A stretch of DNA of 64,000 nucleotides. Source: Oculina patagonica (taxonomy: Eukaryota). The translations under genes and the position numbers were made by a program. The number at the start of each line of letters is the position of its first letter. Position 1 is the stretch's first letter. The DNA lies in NCBI RefSeq assembly GCF_052425735.1, contig NC_135760.1:21204001-21268000 (forward strand), in the 5' to 3' direction. A model generated the notes under the pieces. The model had not been told where the DNA came from. It saw only the letters and a program-made list of their open reading frames with translations, and did no database searches. Shown one piece after another: positions 21,461 to 34,500 of this stretch.

Positions 21461-23503
21461 ATGGGTACTGGTGGATCAAAAAAGCTTCAAATAGTGCAGC
21501 CACAAGCTGACGAGGCGGTGAATTCCAGTTCTCCAGAATCTCCAATGCAAAGAGCCGTTCAACCAAACGTCCTCCAAGAACAGTGGTTGAGTCACGACCG
21601 GCCGCCCAGGGAGCAAGAGAGAAATGAGACGAATTCACTTCAAGCCGATAACGTTGATTGGGATGTGTTGCACAGAGGCACGCTTGAAAGATACAAGATA
21701 AACAACCCGGAGCTAGCTAGCGATCTGCAAACAATATTTGAGAACAAGCAAGTGTTACGAAACACTTTCGCGAATAAATCAAGAGGACATGATCGGTATA
21801 CGGAGCTGCGCAAGGCTATTTATAACATGTACACTACATCCTATAGCAAGGCTACAGAAAACACCGAAATCGTGGACTTTGTGGTGGAAATCGACGTCGC
21901 AGAGGTGTTGCAAAAGTTCGCCCAGAATTGTTTCAACGATTACTACGAGATGGTCGATGAATCAGACGATGAAAGCACAGATGAGAAATCAAAATTTATC
22001 ATTGATCATTTTTGTCTCAAGTACGTGCTACTAACAATACTAAACTTTACAGACTCTTATCACGGCTTTTGCAAGGCGAGTGCTAAAGCTGGAGTAGTTC
22101 CCATGTGTCTAGAAAATATCAAACGACTCGATAAGGACCATCATGACTGGCAAAATGGAGGTGGGAAATCAGTACCACGTGATCTAATCTCGTCATGTCT
22201 CGGAATTTTGCACAACATTTCACGGCGGCTAAGAGACCGTGAGTTATTCGCTAACAGCGACGAGACTTTACTCTATTTTGCCAAAGTTGAGAACACAGAA
22301 ATTGCTACTAACGCCTTGCTTTGCCTTGGGTACCTAGTAAATGATGAAACCAATCATTTAATTTCTGCGGACGAAAACTTGCTTCGCTTTATTGTAACAA
22401 TGTTGAACGAAGCATGTCAGTCTGAAGACCGACGATCCGGCGACGGATTTTCCACGAAAGAGCTTGCAGAAGGGCTCAGCCACCTTGCCATCAACGACAA
22501 CAACAAGAAGACCCTGGGCAACGATGGAGCGGTACTTGTGCTAACGTCGATTCTGAAGACTTCAAACGATGACGAGGAAAGAGCAAGTGCTGCAAGGGCT
22601 CTGTGGATGTTGGCGTTTGACGACTCCAACAAAGATGTCATTAGGCAAGAAGCAGGGGCGTTGGATACATTACGCGAGTTACACCACAGTGGAAACCCGG
22701 AGGTGCAAAAGGCAGCTGCTGGTGCATTGTGGGAGATTGAAGGAAAGACAGCAAGAAGCAATGCCGAGAAGACTAAAGAAGCCACTGGAAATCACGTGAT
22801 GATCAGTTACCAATGGGATTCCCAGGAAATCTTAGTGGAAGTCAAGAACAAGCTTCAGGCCAATGGATATCGAGTGTGGATGGATCTGGAGCAGATGGGT
22901 GGGTCCACACTTGAAGCGATGGCCAAGGCTGTCGAAGACTCCGCTGTTGTACTGGTCTGCGTGTCACAGCGCTACAAAGAAAGCCCCAACTGTCGATCAG
23001 AAGCCGAATACGCGTATCAACTGAGAAAAGACATCATTCCTTTAATGATGCAAAGCAATTACAAGGCAGACGGCTGGTTAGGAATGCTGGTGGGGACAAA
23101 ATACTGGATTGTTTTTCAGAGTAAGCAGGTTGTTGATTCTGCTGTTGAAAAACTTATCAAGGAGTTAAATGGAAGAGGAAAAGATGGCGACACGACGGAC
23201 GGGTCACCAGAGGCAGTCATTCGACCAAGTGAGACCAGTGTTGTTGCAGCACCACGCCCAGCGACGGATGTCTCTGGCTGGACAAATCAAGATGTCAAGA
23301 AATGGCTCACAGAAATTGGATTGGCACAAGTGTGCAACGAGCACATTACGGGATTTAATGGACAAACATTGATCGATCTTCAGGAGCTCCGCAGAGAATG
23401 CCCAGATTACTTCTACAAGTATCTAGAACACACTCTAAACTTGCAAAACATGTTACATTTGTTTAAGTTCAGAAAGGAGCTAGAAAAACTTCTAGGACAT
23501 TGA
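21461..23503 (+). CDS. Intronless ARM-repeat / TIR / SAM protein, paralogue 3 (680 aa, predicted N-myristoylated)
   Basis: Uninterrupted ORF starting MGTGGSKK, with the same architecture and a nearly identical TIR domain (SPNCRSEAEYAYQLRKDIIPL). Confidence 0.93.
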   Translation: MGTGGSKKLQIVQPQADEAVNSSSPESPMQRAVQPNVLQEQWLSHDRPPREQERNETNSLQADNVDWDVLHRGTLERYKINNPELASDLQTIFENKQVLRNTFANKSRGHDRYTELRKAIYNMYTTSYSKATENTEIVDFVVEIDVAEVLQKFAQNCFNDYYEMVDESDDESTDEKSKFIIDHFCLKYVLLTILNFTDSYHGFCKASAKAGVVPMCLENIKRLDKDHHDWQNGGGKSVPRDLISSCLGILHNISRRLRDRELFANSDETLLYFAKVENTEIATNALLCLGYLVNDETNHLISADENLLRFIVTMLNEACQSEDRRSGDGFSTKELAEGLSHLAINDNNKKTLGNDGAVLVLTSILKTSNDDEERASAARALWMLAFDDSNKDVIRQEAGALDTLRELHHSGNPEVQKAAAGALWEIEGKTARSNAEKTKEATGNHVMISYQWDSQEILVEVKNKLQANGYRVWMDLEQMGGSTLEAMAKAVEDSAVVLVCVSQRYKESPNCRSEAEYAYQLRKDIIPLMMQSNYKADGWLGMLVGTKYWIVFQSKQVVDSAVEKLIKELNGRGKDGDTTDGSPEAVIRPSETSVVAAPRPATDVSGWTNQDVKKWLTEIGLAQVCNEHITGFNGQTLIDLQELRRECPDYFYKYLEHTLNLQNMLHLFKFRKELEKLLGH

Positions 23504-24103
23504 GATAACATGAAGATGCACCAGTTTTGCAAAACTGATACATGGGCAGCATTGCTTTTTATTCTTCTTATTTAGTCATCGTTATTTTAGTTACAATATT
23601 ATAATCACATACTTGTAAATAACATAATTATTTCGAGAACTTTAAAAACACTGGAAATTGTTTTGCGAATATTTCGGTAGACTTCGTGGCTCATATATCG
23701 CGAGTCGACTTGTAGCAAGTCTAATATTTCGGTTTTGTTACAAAAACCTGCCTCAGTTGTAATATCATTCTGCAACGCTGCGTGACACGTGGAGAGTAGT
23801 GTTGCGTGACAAGTGCAGAGTAGTGTTGCGTTATAACGGCGAGGAAACAAAGCATTTTCGTTTTTCATTTCCGTATTACTAGCCTTGCATTTAAATTGTT
23901 TAATTGTTGTAACTGTGATAAAATGCTAAAGATGGGAAGTGTAAGAAATTCGACTACGAACAGTCGCCATGCATTTATTCCTTAGATTTAAAGGGGCCGT
24001 GTCACGGCTGAGTTAAGTTTACGTGTTATGTGTTATTTCCGCTAGGCACAATATATTCGACTTGAACTTGATTTTTAGCTCATTCTCCAGAATGAGTAAT
24101 AGA

Positions 24104-24417
24104 GTGATACAGATGTTGACGGAAGTCTGCGTGTACAAAAATTGTGTGGACGGAAGTGATACAGATGTTGACGGAAGTGTGCGTGTACAAAAATTGTGTG
24201 GACGGAAGTGATACAGATGTTGACAGAAGTGTGCGTGTACAAAAACTGTGTGGACGGAAGTGATACAGATGTTGGCGGAAGTGTGCGTGTACAAAAATTG
24301 TGTGGACGGAAGTGATACAGATGTTGACGGAAGTGTGCGTGTACAAAAATTGTGTGGACGGAAGTGATACAGATGTTGACGGAAGTCTGCGTGTACAAAA
24401 AATGTGTGGACGGAAGT
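24104..24417. repeat. 52-bp minisatellite, about 6 copies
   Basis: Unit GTGATACAGATGTTGACGGAAGTGTGCGTGTACAAAAATTGTGTGGACGGAA starts at 24104, 24156, 24208, 24260, 24312 and 24364. Confidence 0.95.
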
Positions 24418-27400
24418 TGTAGAACGGAAGTAATTTTATATGCTACCCCTGCCCCCTTAGTAACGCCAAAAATAACTTCAGTGAAGCTCAGATGCAAATG
24501 TGAAAAGAAATGAAATCATTGTATAGTGTAATAAATAAATTAACATCAAATCACATTTCGGAACTTTTAAAAAGGGAAACGTGTATCACAAAGTCGAAAT
24601 GTTGACAACCTGGGGGTTTATTTTATCATGTGCTGACACACGTAATCAAGGTTCATTTTAACGTGCACTGTTACACGCAATGAAGTTCCGCCAGGCAGCC
24701 GGAAGTAAATTTAATACGCTACCCCTCTCCTATTGTTGAGATTCTACATCTACATCTACATTTAATTTGGTCGGTAAAAATCTAGAGATATCACGCCAAG
24801 ATTTCTTCATGGAACTTATTTTTAACTTTTACTATGGAGTTACGCTTGCCATATGACTCGTCTAAATAAACGTTTATAAAGCTCACTGATAAAAACACGA
24901 CATCCGAGCAGCACGTTTTTGTTTTCTGTCACGTCATCTCATTTCCCGTGACTCACGTCATCCGTTTCAGTACACGACGTGTTCGTGTGCATCTTTCTCT
25001 CAAATTTCATTCGCTGCTCAATCCATGAACAATGATTGTCACTGCCCGGTAGATGCGTGCTGACAGAAAGGTTATTCAAAACGCAATTCAGTAATTTAAA
25101 ACGGTAACAAATATTCATTTCATTTCTTTTCACATGTGTATCTGAACTTCGTGGAAGATGTGAATTATTTACACACTATCCAACCAGAAGAAAGCTCGTA
25201 ACCACAATGTCCACACGTTTTAGCAGTAAAAACATGTTCTTCAAATATCGAAATTATATTTGTCAAGAAGACGAAAAGCTTTGCAGTTTAATTACACAAT
25301 AGAAATACCAAACGACTGCGATCCTTCTAAGATCGATTAAAACGATGTATTGGTGAAAAATATTGTGAACAGTGTGAAAGCCCTTTCCGTGTTTAATTGT
25401 TATGTAAATATTCTAGCTTTTCTGTCTATGTTGTTGTTGACTTTGTACATTTTCCATCAATAATAGCGCTAAGAGAGCAAACAAGACAGGATGTCTTCGG
25501 ATGTCTCGTGTTTGCTGGCACAGAAGGGTAAAGTAATGTGCATGCATGCAAAAAACTTGACTGTTTCGCACTTCCTCCCCGCGTAATACTGATTCTCGAC
25601 CTAGAATCTTCTCTTCTTATCATTTATAGCTTTATTATGCTTATCGTACCGCGATCCGGAAACGAAATACTATTTCTTTTTTAAATAACTGCTTGTGGAC
25701 TTTTACGTAGCGGGGAATGGGGCCATGTAAAATTACTTCCGGCTGCCTCAATGGACTTGATCGCTTGTGTCAGCGCGTGTTAAAATACGTGAAAATACGT
25801 TTAGGGTCCCTAAGGTCTAAACAGCTCGGCAACTTGATTCACGTTGCACCATTTTTAGAAGTTGTGAAATTGTGATTTCATTTCTTTTCACATGCGTATC
25901 TCATTTTGACTTTACAGGGGACTGTACTTAACTTAAGTGGACTGTACCAGTACATTTTCATTACCCACCACCACTCCCAAACCCTACCCCCCCCCCCCCC
26001 CCGAAAAAGGCAGAAGAATGAGCTGGCTCTAAGTGCCCTTTGATTTTAGGACGCAACGATGTCACACAACAGGAAATTCCGCAGCAAACAGTGTCGTGAC
26101 GTACATGGCACAGTAAAATAGAAGAATAATTGCGTAGTCCATCGGCATCAATAATTAAGCGACGAAAAGACTCCACTAATCTTACATAGATTGTTACTGT
26201 ACATGTAAAACAAATTATTAATAGGCGGAGGCAGCTTAGTGAGAACTATTACTAGTTAATAGATAAGACGAGATGGGACGTAGCGCCGCCATTGCGTGCT
26301 GCGAGGTCAAGGCGACTGATGCATTCCACATATCTAGGGCAATTTTTTAAACTAGCTCGGAAAAAACGGAAAAGAATTGCTATACTGCTATTCATAAGGC
26401 AAACGTATAAATTAGTAACAAAAACTGGGCCAGATCTGATAACTTTTACATCAGCCTTACTTTATACTATAAATGGCAGCAAGGTTCTAAATATATATTC
26501 CCTTCTTTCGAAAGACAAACAAACCTCTCATACTGTGAGAAAACAATTGAGTATTTAGCAATTAAAATTGCTTTGACTAGCCGTTTGACTAGCAGTTTAG
26601 CTTCCTATTGGTTTGATCACTGGACTGAAGAACTCCTCGGGCGATTCGTCTTTCTTGATCTTTCCTTTGAAGGATTTTAATGTATGACAATACTTTTAAA
26701 GCTGTGCACCATTCGAAAAACACGCGAATGAAATAATGCAGTTTCAAGGTACCAAATTTTGGGGTTGTTTCAAGTTTTGCAATTTCAAATTAGTGAAGCA
26801 CTTACCCAGCACTTATCAATGTTCGCAGTTAAGTCACGCGTTCCAAACTAGTTTTTTTAAGGGAACACCGAGGCGTAACATTTATTCATAAATGGAAATA
26901 GATGCTGCATACATATCTATTAATATTTGTATTCCTTCTAGTCTATTCAGAACTGCGGTTTGCAGTTTGCGCTGATTGTAAAACATTTGACAACTGACAG
27001 CGGAAGCAGAGTGGGATTTTGAGATTGCTCGCAAGCTATTGTAGATTTCGCCTGGAAATGGAAAATATTCTGTTTGTTTTCCACATGCAGCAGAACTACA
27101 TTTCGTATTTCGTTTACTTTAACCTGGGACGTTCTATTCGCGTGACGTTCTCCACAAAATCCGCTCTCTGCCATCCGAGTGATCTCAAATCACTAATCCT
27201 GATCCGGATCAACTATAAGGAACGCACCCTTAGACGTATTCAATTGAAACCACTTTAAGAGTTTTATTTTTATATCTATGTTTCTATTTTACATTTACAT
27301 TTGTAAGAACAGGAGCTCACCAAAAGAGCTAATATTGTTTTCTCTTTTTTTTTTATCTATAAACGCTCGTTCATTCCCACGTATAACCTTGATTAATTTT

Positions 27401-27910
27401 TCGACTAACGTTTCCGTCCAGTTTATTAGAAAATAACTGAGGGGTTTCTTGCTCGTTATTGCACGTGTGCGAGGGCTGTTCTTGTTTAATATCGCCCAAA
27501 TCCTTACAAGAAAGATCAAGGGCAATATTCTCCCAGCACGGTTCCGAACTAGCGAGAGTAACAAGTTTATTACATGGCACTTTACCGCGCTATTACCCGC
27601 ATTTTGCCAGTCAGCTGGGCATAAACTCTGAGCCAATCAAAACGTGATTTTTAATGAGCTCTAGCCATATAACAATGATTCTTATTGACCAATTAGGTAA
27701 AAGAAAGAATAGTCTTAATAAAGTTCTATAAATTTCTGTTAATTGCGTTGTTTCTTGACAAACTAAATCAGTCTCACTGGGCAAAGACTTGCGGGTTCTT
27801 GGAACGAGTTGGCAAGCATTTGCATGTGGAAACCATTTTGATTGACAAAAGTGTCTGAAGAAACTAACAGTCCTGAAATTTTTCAATTGAAGCGGTAATG
27901 AGTTGGGGTG

Positions 27911-28769
27911 CTACGTGAATGGGTTGGCCTCGTCCGTCACGCCTTCCTCCGTAATGGACTCAATTAGTGACTTGCCGTTGATAATCTTCGTCGTAGCCAC
28001 TAGATAGTCTGTGGGGCCTGGGACAGAACAAAATAAAGAAGTTTGAAGTTGTCTTGTGAAGCAAAGATCGGTCAACATAACATTTACTACAATCAATTTT
28101 AAGAAACAAGAAAAAACAGTACGCCCTCAATTTTTTTAAGAAACTGTACATATAGAAAAACGGACAACTTTAGAAATAATTTAATGAAAAACGTTAGTAG
28201 CGGCATAATCAAAAAGTTACCGAAAGGAAAAAAGTCACTCTCCAAAAATTATAAAAAAAGGTAAAATCTCGAATAGTGGATACGAGCCTAGTGGCCCATC
28301 AGGCCGGAGCTTATCCCGGTTTCCGTAGCATGAAGCGACCAGGAGTATTTCTACTCCCCCCTGGATGGGATGCTAGTCCATCACGGGGTAACCCTCAGCA
28401 TTATTTTGCCAGTACCCATTTATACACCTGGGTGGAGAGAGGCACTATGAGAATAAAGTGTCTTTCCCAAGAACACAACGCAGTTCCCCGGCCAGGGCCC
28501 GAATCCAGACCGCTCGATCCGGAGTCCAGCGCGCTTACCATTAGGCCACCGCGCCTCCCATATAAGAAAATTGTCGAGCAGTAATTTGCTATCGAAAAAC
28601 CTAAGGATTGAGATGCAAACAAAGAAACCATGATTTAAATACTCACTATTTTCCTGTTGAGCAAGAAATCTCAGTGCGGATATCTCGGCGTGTGTACAGC
28701 CACCGATGAAATAAACTAGCGTTACTTTAGGAGGACCATCCATGGAACTCTCCCCACCGGTCGACGGTC
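27911..28769 (-). CDS. VPS33A: VPS33A last two exons (28647-28769, 27911-28017), copy C distal part
   Basis: [40 protein letters not shown] and [34 protein letters not shown], with intact splice sites. Confidence 0.85.
28275..28560 (-). mobile_element. tRNA-derived SINE
   Basis: Same family and same intron position as 14960-15262. Confidence 0.8.
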
Positions 28770-29141
28770 CTAAGCAGATCATTAAAAAGAATAGTTGAAA
28801 TGTTTGCTTCACAAGGCACTACGTACCAGTATGACTTTCATTCTGTTACGACGCATAAATTTTTATTTTACGTTATTACAACCACAACACAGAAACTTCA
28901 CTGGACGCTTGTATGCTATCATTGTCTATTGCGAATGCGTGAATTAAATTGGCTAAGTCGGCTTTGGTTGCCACAGACATCAATTTTTCAAAACTTTCCT
29001 GACTCTTCCCTAAAAAAAAAAAATTTCCCTGACCAAATAAATACAAATTGTCGTAGAGGCCTCCAGCCTCTGCTTCCAAAAAAAAACTCACGTATCGATG
29101 ATATCACATTGACTTGAAATGTTTCTTGCCATCAATGTTAT

Positions 29142-29641
29142 NNNNNNNNNNNNNNNNNNNNNNNNNNNNNNNNNNNNNNNNNNNNNNNNNNNNNNNNNNN
29201 NNNNNNNNNNNNNNNNNNNNNNNNNNNNNNNNNNNNNNNNNNNNNNNNNNNNNNNNNNNNNNNNNNNNNNNNNNNNNNNNNNNNNNNNNNNNNNNNNNNN
29301 NNNNNNNNNNNNNNNNNNNNNNNNNNNNNNNNNNNNNNNNNNNNNNNNNNNNNNNNNNNNNNNNNNNNNNNNNNNNNNNNNNNNNNNNNNNNNNNNNNNN
29401 NNNNNNNNNNNNNNNNNNNNNNNNNNNNNNNNNNNNNNNNNNNNNNNNNNNNNNNNNNNNNNNNNNNNNNNNNNNNNNNNNNNNNNNNNNNNNNNNNNNN
29501 NNNNNNNNNNNNNNNNNNNNNNNNNNNNNNNNNNNNNNNNNNNNNNNNNNNNNNNNNNNNNNNNNNNNNNNNNNNNNNNNNNNNNNNNNNNNNNNNNNNN
29601 NNNNNNNNNNNNNNNNNNNNNNNNNNNNNNNNNNNNNNNNN
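29142..29641. other. Scaffold gap (500 N)
   Basis: Run of N. Confidence 1.
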
Positions 29642-29643
29642 AT

Positions 29644-30672
29644 CACAGGGCACAGAGGAGTCAAGTTTGTCCGCAGTTCAAAATCTCTACCGTGCAAAAC
29701 GACCTACAAAAGCCTTTCAAAGCGATCGTGTAAGCCGTACGTGATACAGCGCCGTCTTGCTATACTTGTTTACAGATGTTCTGGTCTGGTGATATCGTAT
29801 TCGTACCCTCATGTGACATCCGCAATGTTTGTGGGCGTTACCAGAGAGACCAGCAGTAAGAAAGAGAGCAAGGGACGAAAGCGATTTGAGGCGAAATTCC
29901 GATCCCTCGTTCCTCGCTCAAAATCAAACGAAACGATCTCATTTTTGACATGTGGTTTAAGACTAGGATTCTCTCCCCATACGCTGTAAGAAAATCTTCA
30001 AACAAGTCGCGTAAGCTGTATTTCGGGGGACGAGTTTTAGGCAGTTAAAAATTTGTTTTCGTACAATGTGGACCGGAGGATACTGGTGGCGGAAATGCGT
30101 CACGAGACATGTGATGTTGCAATACCGTAATGTGTTTCACAAGTAACTTAGCACTTTGAAGAGAAAACCTTGTTTTCCACTTTCAATTTCTTCGGATTGC
30201 GTTGTTCCTCGTCTGGTAAATTTCGCTTTTCCCGGAGAGCACTATTCATATTTTGAATCTTACCGCCGGTCGAAGGATCACTGTTGTTTTGAATTTCGGA
30301 TTAGTAACGGTTGACTTCATCTGTCACAGCATGGATCTACACACGACTTCCGTTTCCGCCACCAGTATGCTTCGGGCGACATCGAGCCGATCACGTGGTA
30401 TAATGTTTCGTCCCTTGTCTTTCTTTCTTCTCGGCACTTCGTGCTTCGCTTTCCGGCACTTCGTGCTTCGCTTCTTCTCGGCACTTCGTGCTTCGCTTTC
30501 CGAAAAAAAATTTCAGGCGACCATTGTCAGAATACGATATCACCAGACGATCTGCAAACAAGTATCGCATGACGGCGTTTGTATCACGTACGCTTACACG
30601 ATCGCTTTGAAGGTCGTTTTGCACGGTAGAGATTTTGAATTGCGGACAAACTTGACTCCTCTGTGCCCTGTG
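29644..30672. mobile_element. About 1-kb non-autonomous DNA transposon with roughly 150-bp TIRs (CAC...GTG ends)
   Basis: CACAGGGCACAGAGGAGTCAAGTTTGTCCGC is mirrored by GCGGACAAACTTGACTCCTCTGTGCCCTGTG. Internal triplicated CGGCACTTCGTGCTTCGCTT at about 30432-30498. Confidence 0.8.
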
Positions 30673-31568
30673 TTTCAATTTCACACACCGGAAACACAGC
30701 AATATAAAATATTTAATCATGGCTAACGAAAACAAAATAAAGCGCTGAGCGATTGTTTTGGTTTCCCTAGAAAACTAAAGGATAAAATTGATGACCTTGT
30801 TCTTGAGGTCGACCTTGAGACATCCTTGCCCACAGTTTAATAGTATCCGTAGTGAAAATCAATTTGCGTTCGTTACCTGAAAAACATTGTTGTTTTAGGG
30901 GCCCCAAGCATTGTCTTAAATGGAAATATTCGATATTCAAGATAAATGCTAACGGTTTGTTAACATCCATCTCCTTGTTGGGGTGGGAGGGACTCTGTAA
31001 ACATCCGAAGAAAAAGGAACAAAGTAAATCTGCTTTACATATTAAGCTGTTTGATCAGCTCTATTTTTTCAATAAAAGAAATCAGTCTTATTATTATTTC
31101 GACTATTTTCTAGCACATACATATTTTTTCGTGAGATGTAACGTGACTTCAAAACGTGACTTCGCGTGACACCGGGCGTCACCGGGCGTCCCGTCAACTA
31201 GTTTCCAGTTTCCTTGACGTCGATGAAGGATTTTCTTGGCGTGGATACCAAGCCCATTAAGTCAAACATGGCGGTCTTTGGTGATGTGTTATGTGTGGGT
31301 TGAATCCATAATTTTACCAAAGAAATCAGTTTTCTTGATGCAGAAGCTTGAAACAATCATTAATACATTAACCTCTGCAGCGGTTTAGGGAATCTTAGGC
31401 ATACCGTGGCTTGTTTTGTTCAGTTGAGGTATTTCGATTGCGTGGACAACTTCACCCCAGTTTAAAGTTATATTACGTGTCCTAAAACTTCCTTTCACAA
31501 AATAACACCTGCAGATTTTATTGTTCTCTCGAAGGTTTCATTTCAAAGAAGAAGTAACAACTGGAAAG

Positions 31569-34500
31569 ATGGTCGACTGCAAGTGCTGCAAGAATTTATT
31601 TGGATTCGCGGCCTCTCGTCCGCCCTGTGTTGTTTTCACTGTCTGTCTAGCGGCTTTCGCAATTGGTTTGTTTTCCCTCGGCTATTTCGTTCAGATGTAT
31701 GGCTGGTTTAGTACCGACGATGCCCACAATAAGGTTTGTTGCAGTTATATAATTTTGGTCTGTTAATGTAAACTTCAAGTTTGTAAACTGTTGGCTATAT
31801 ACACTATAAACAGCAACTGTACGGAAAAAACAGAACTTTCACCATCTTGGATGCAAGCTACATGTAATTAAAAGGGATAAATACACCTCTTAATCTTTCC
31901 ATATAGTGCTTTCACTTTTCAAATCATTTGATTATTAATTGTATAACGCATCCATAAAAGAAGCAATGCTCAAGGGAATTGGTAACATTATCTTTAAAGA
32001 TAGGAAAACATTACAAGAGGTAGACTAATTTTGAATCTAATAACATCAATCAATGAGAAACATGTTTTGGCTAAAATGTTTGTTTAATTCCTGATTAAAT
32101 TAAGGCTCTCGGGAGTGTGGGTGGGTTGCAAAAATTCAAAGCGAACTGCAAACTAGAGCATAAGGGAATGTAACAAGAGACCTAAGGCGATGACATGATC
32201 CATCACAGTAATGAACTCTTGATAACAAGTCAAAACAACACTTTTAATTATCAAAAAAAAAAGAAATTGAAAATTATGTGGAATTTCTGGGACTCTGCAT
32301 ATTTTGCTGACCAGCCCCACACAGACTATAGCCTACTATCGACAGCAAAAGTCTGGAAATAACCCCCACCAAAACCTTTTTGAAATTGACAGGAATGTCT
32401 TTTTTAGAGGAAGCAAAAAATTCTACTTAGTGGCAAAAACTTTTGCACACATCATTCTATGGAGCGCATGCGTGCATCAATCAAAGTATAGATGTGCTAA
32501 TACACGGATTTACTTGCTATATTACAATTTAAAATATTGTCGACAGTACCATAGCTCGTTGTGATTATATTTTGTTTTGTTGTCATTAGGAATGGCATTC
32601 TTTCTTAGACCACTTGGGTTCTTCTGAATTTTGCATCTTTGGAAACCAAAGCTTCTTGGCCAACGACACAAGCACAAACTCAACCAATATAACTGGCCCT
32701 ACACCTGTTGGGTTTACAACTGTGAATATACCAGTGCTTCATCTCTCTGTGCACCCCTCAGACGATTTTGGTGCAGTGGTTAACAATGTGACTCATGTAA
32801 CAGCAGAAATGCCAGCAACACAACTTGGTCTAAAAGGTTTGTACTAATTCTACTTAATCCCACCACACACAAGCCAATTTTTCATAGGCCGTCAAAAACA
32901 TCTTCACTTATCAGCTAGTGTGCAATGAATTAAGCCAAGTCTGTGACAAGATGAGGTCCTGTCTGGCAATATCTGGCAGTGCTAGATCTTATTTAAAATG
33001 TCTTGTTGGGTGTTGTCAGGTAACAGTGATCAGAGACAATTTGACGAGACTTGGTTGTGTCATATTACCAATAAGAAAGTGTTGTTGCAGTCAGATGAGT
33101 AAGCATCACTTTCAACATAAAGGTTGTCGAACAGGAGCATGAGGAACAATCAGCTACAATTTTGGACAAAACTGTTAAAAAACTTCGCAAATTTCCACTT
33201 ATTTAGCCAACAGAGTTAAGTTTTGCAACCCCCTTTCCCCCATTTCAATGTTGTTATTGCTGTAGTGTTTTCAAAACAAAGCCTGTTGAACCACAAACTA
33301 AAAAAACAACATTAAGTAGGGGGATAAAATAATTTTACTGGCTTGCAGGTCAGGACATTAAAATTGTAAAAAAAAAGTGTGAAATGTATTTGTTTCAACT
33401 ACTTTTGTTCAAGATTGTAGTGTGTGGCAAGCTGATAGCCAGACAAATTTTGCCCAAATATTTGACTTCAATAAAAAAATCTCCTGTTCTATGATGAAAA
33501 ATTGTGCAATGTGCAGCGGGCTTTATAAGTGGGATGCTTTAACTTAAAGGGTCACCATCTACCATTGTATTTTGCAAGCCTCTTGTGCTGTTATTGTTAT
33601 CACTCAAATGACAATAAAGAATTAAACATTTAAACATCAAATAAACTTAAAATTGATGCTAAACGTTTTCGATCTGTTTGATCATCTTCAGAGAAACTAT
33701 TTTCAATTCTTAAAAATGTGACATGAAATCTGGTGACAGTTATCTCACCAAATCCGTATTAATTTTCTGCAATACAGAAAGATGGGAGGGTATCATGGTT
33801 GTCTATGGCTTTTTAATTCTCCTAAATTGGTCACCAGTAAATTTTAGTATAAAAGAAAGTCCTGTTAAGCAAACCACTGATAAGACATAACAATTCCCAT
33901 ACTCCTCTTGAAAGTTTATTTATTCCTGAAAGTAATCAAATGTAAAAATGATCTGTAATTATGTCCTATGTAGTAGTTGATATTGAAATGAGTTTTAATT
34001 AGGAAGGCAAATTAAGGTATAATTTGATTATCATATTAATTACTTCCATTTGCCTACTTAGGTTTCCAAGAAAACTTTCTTGTCAATATCACATTGTCTT
34101 TTCTTCAACCATGGTTCATGGGTAGGTAGCATGATTTTTGCCAAATAGAAACTTGATATACCATAAAATTCTGGTTGTAAGCCCCCTGCCTGGTATAAGC
34201 CCCTCTCTGCTGGATGACAGTGCTGAACAGGGATAAATGTTGCTTTATTATGACTTTAACACTTAAAAATGTATTTCGATCAACACTGCCATGGCTCTTT
34301 TTGAAACATTTTTTTATTCCGCTTATAAGTCCACCTAGATAGAAGCTTCTCCGTTTATAAGCCCACCCAAAACCTCTTATGAAGTTGTAAAAGCCCAGGG
34401 CTTATAACCCGAATTTTACGGTATTGTATTCCCACCAACTCTTGTACTTTGCACATAATCTTCTGCATAAAGTTGATTAAATTTATAAATGAGTTTATTA

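Noticed and set aside
24104-24417. 52-bp repeats as a CRISPR array
   Set aside because: Units are contiguous with no unique spacers, no cas genes are present, and the context is eukaryotic.
29104-29989. ORFs spanning the N runs (also 60061-60773)
   Set aside because: Artefacts of gap characters.
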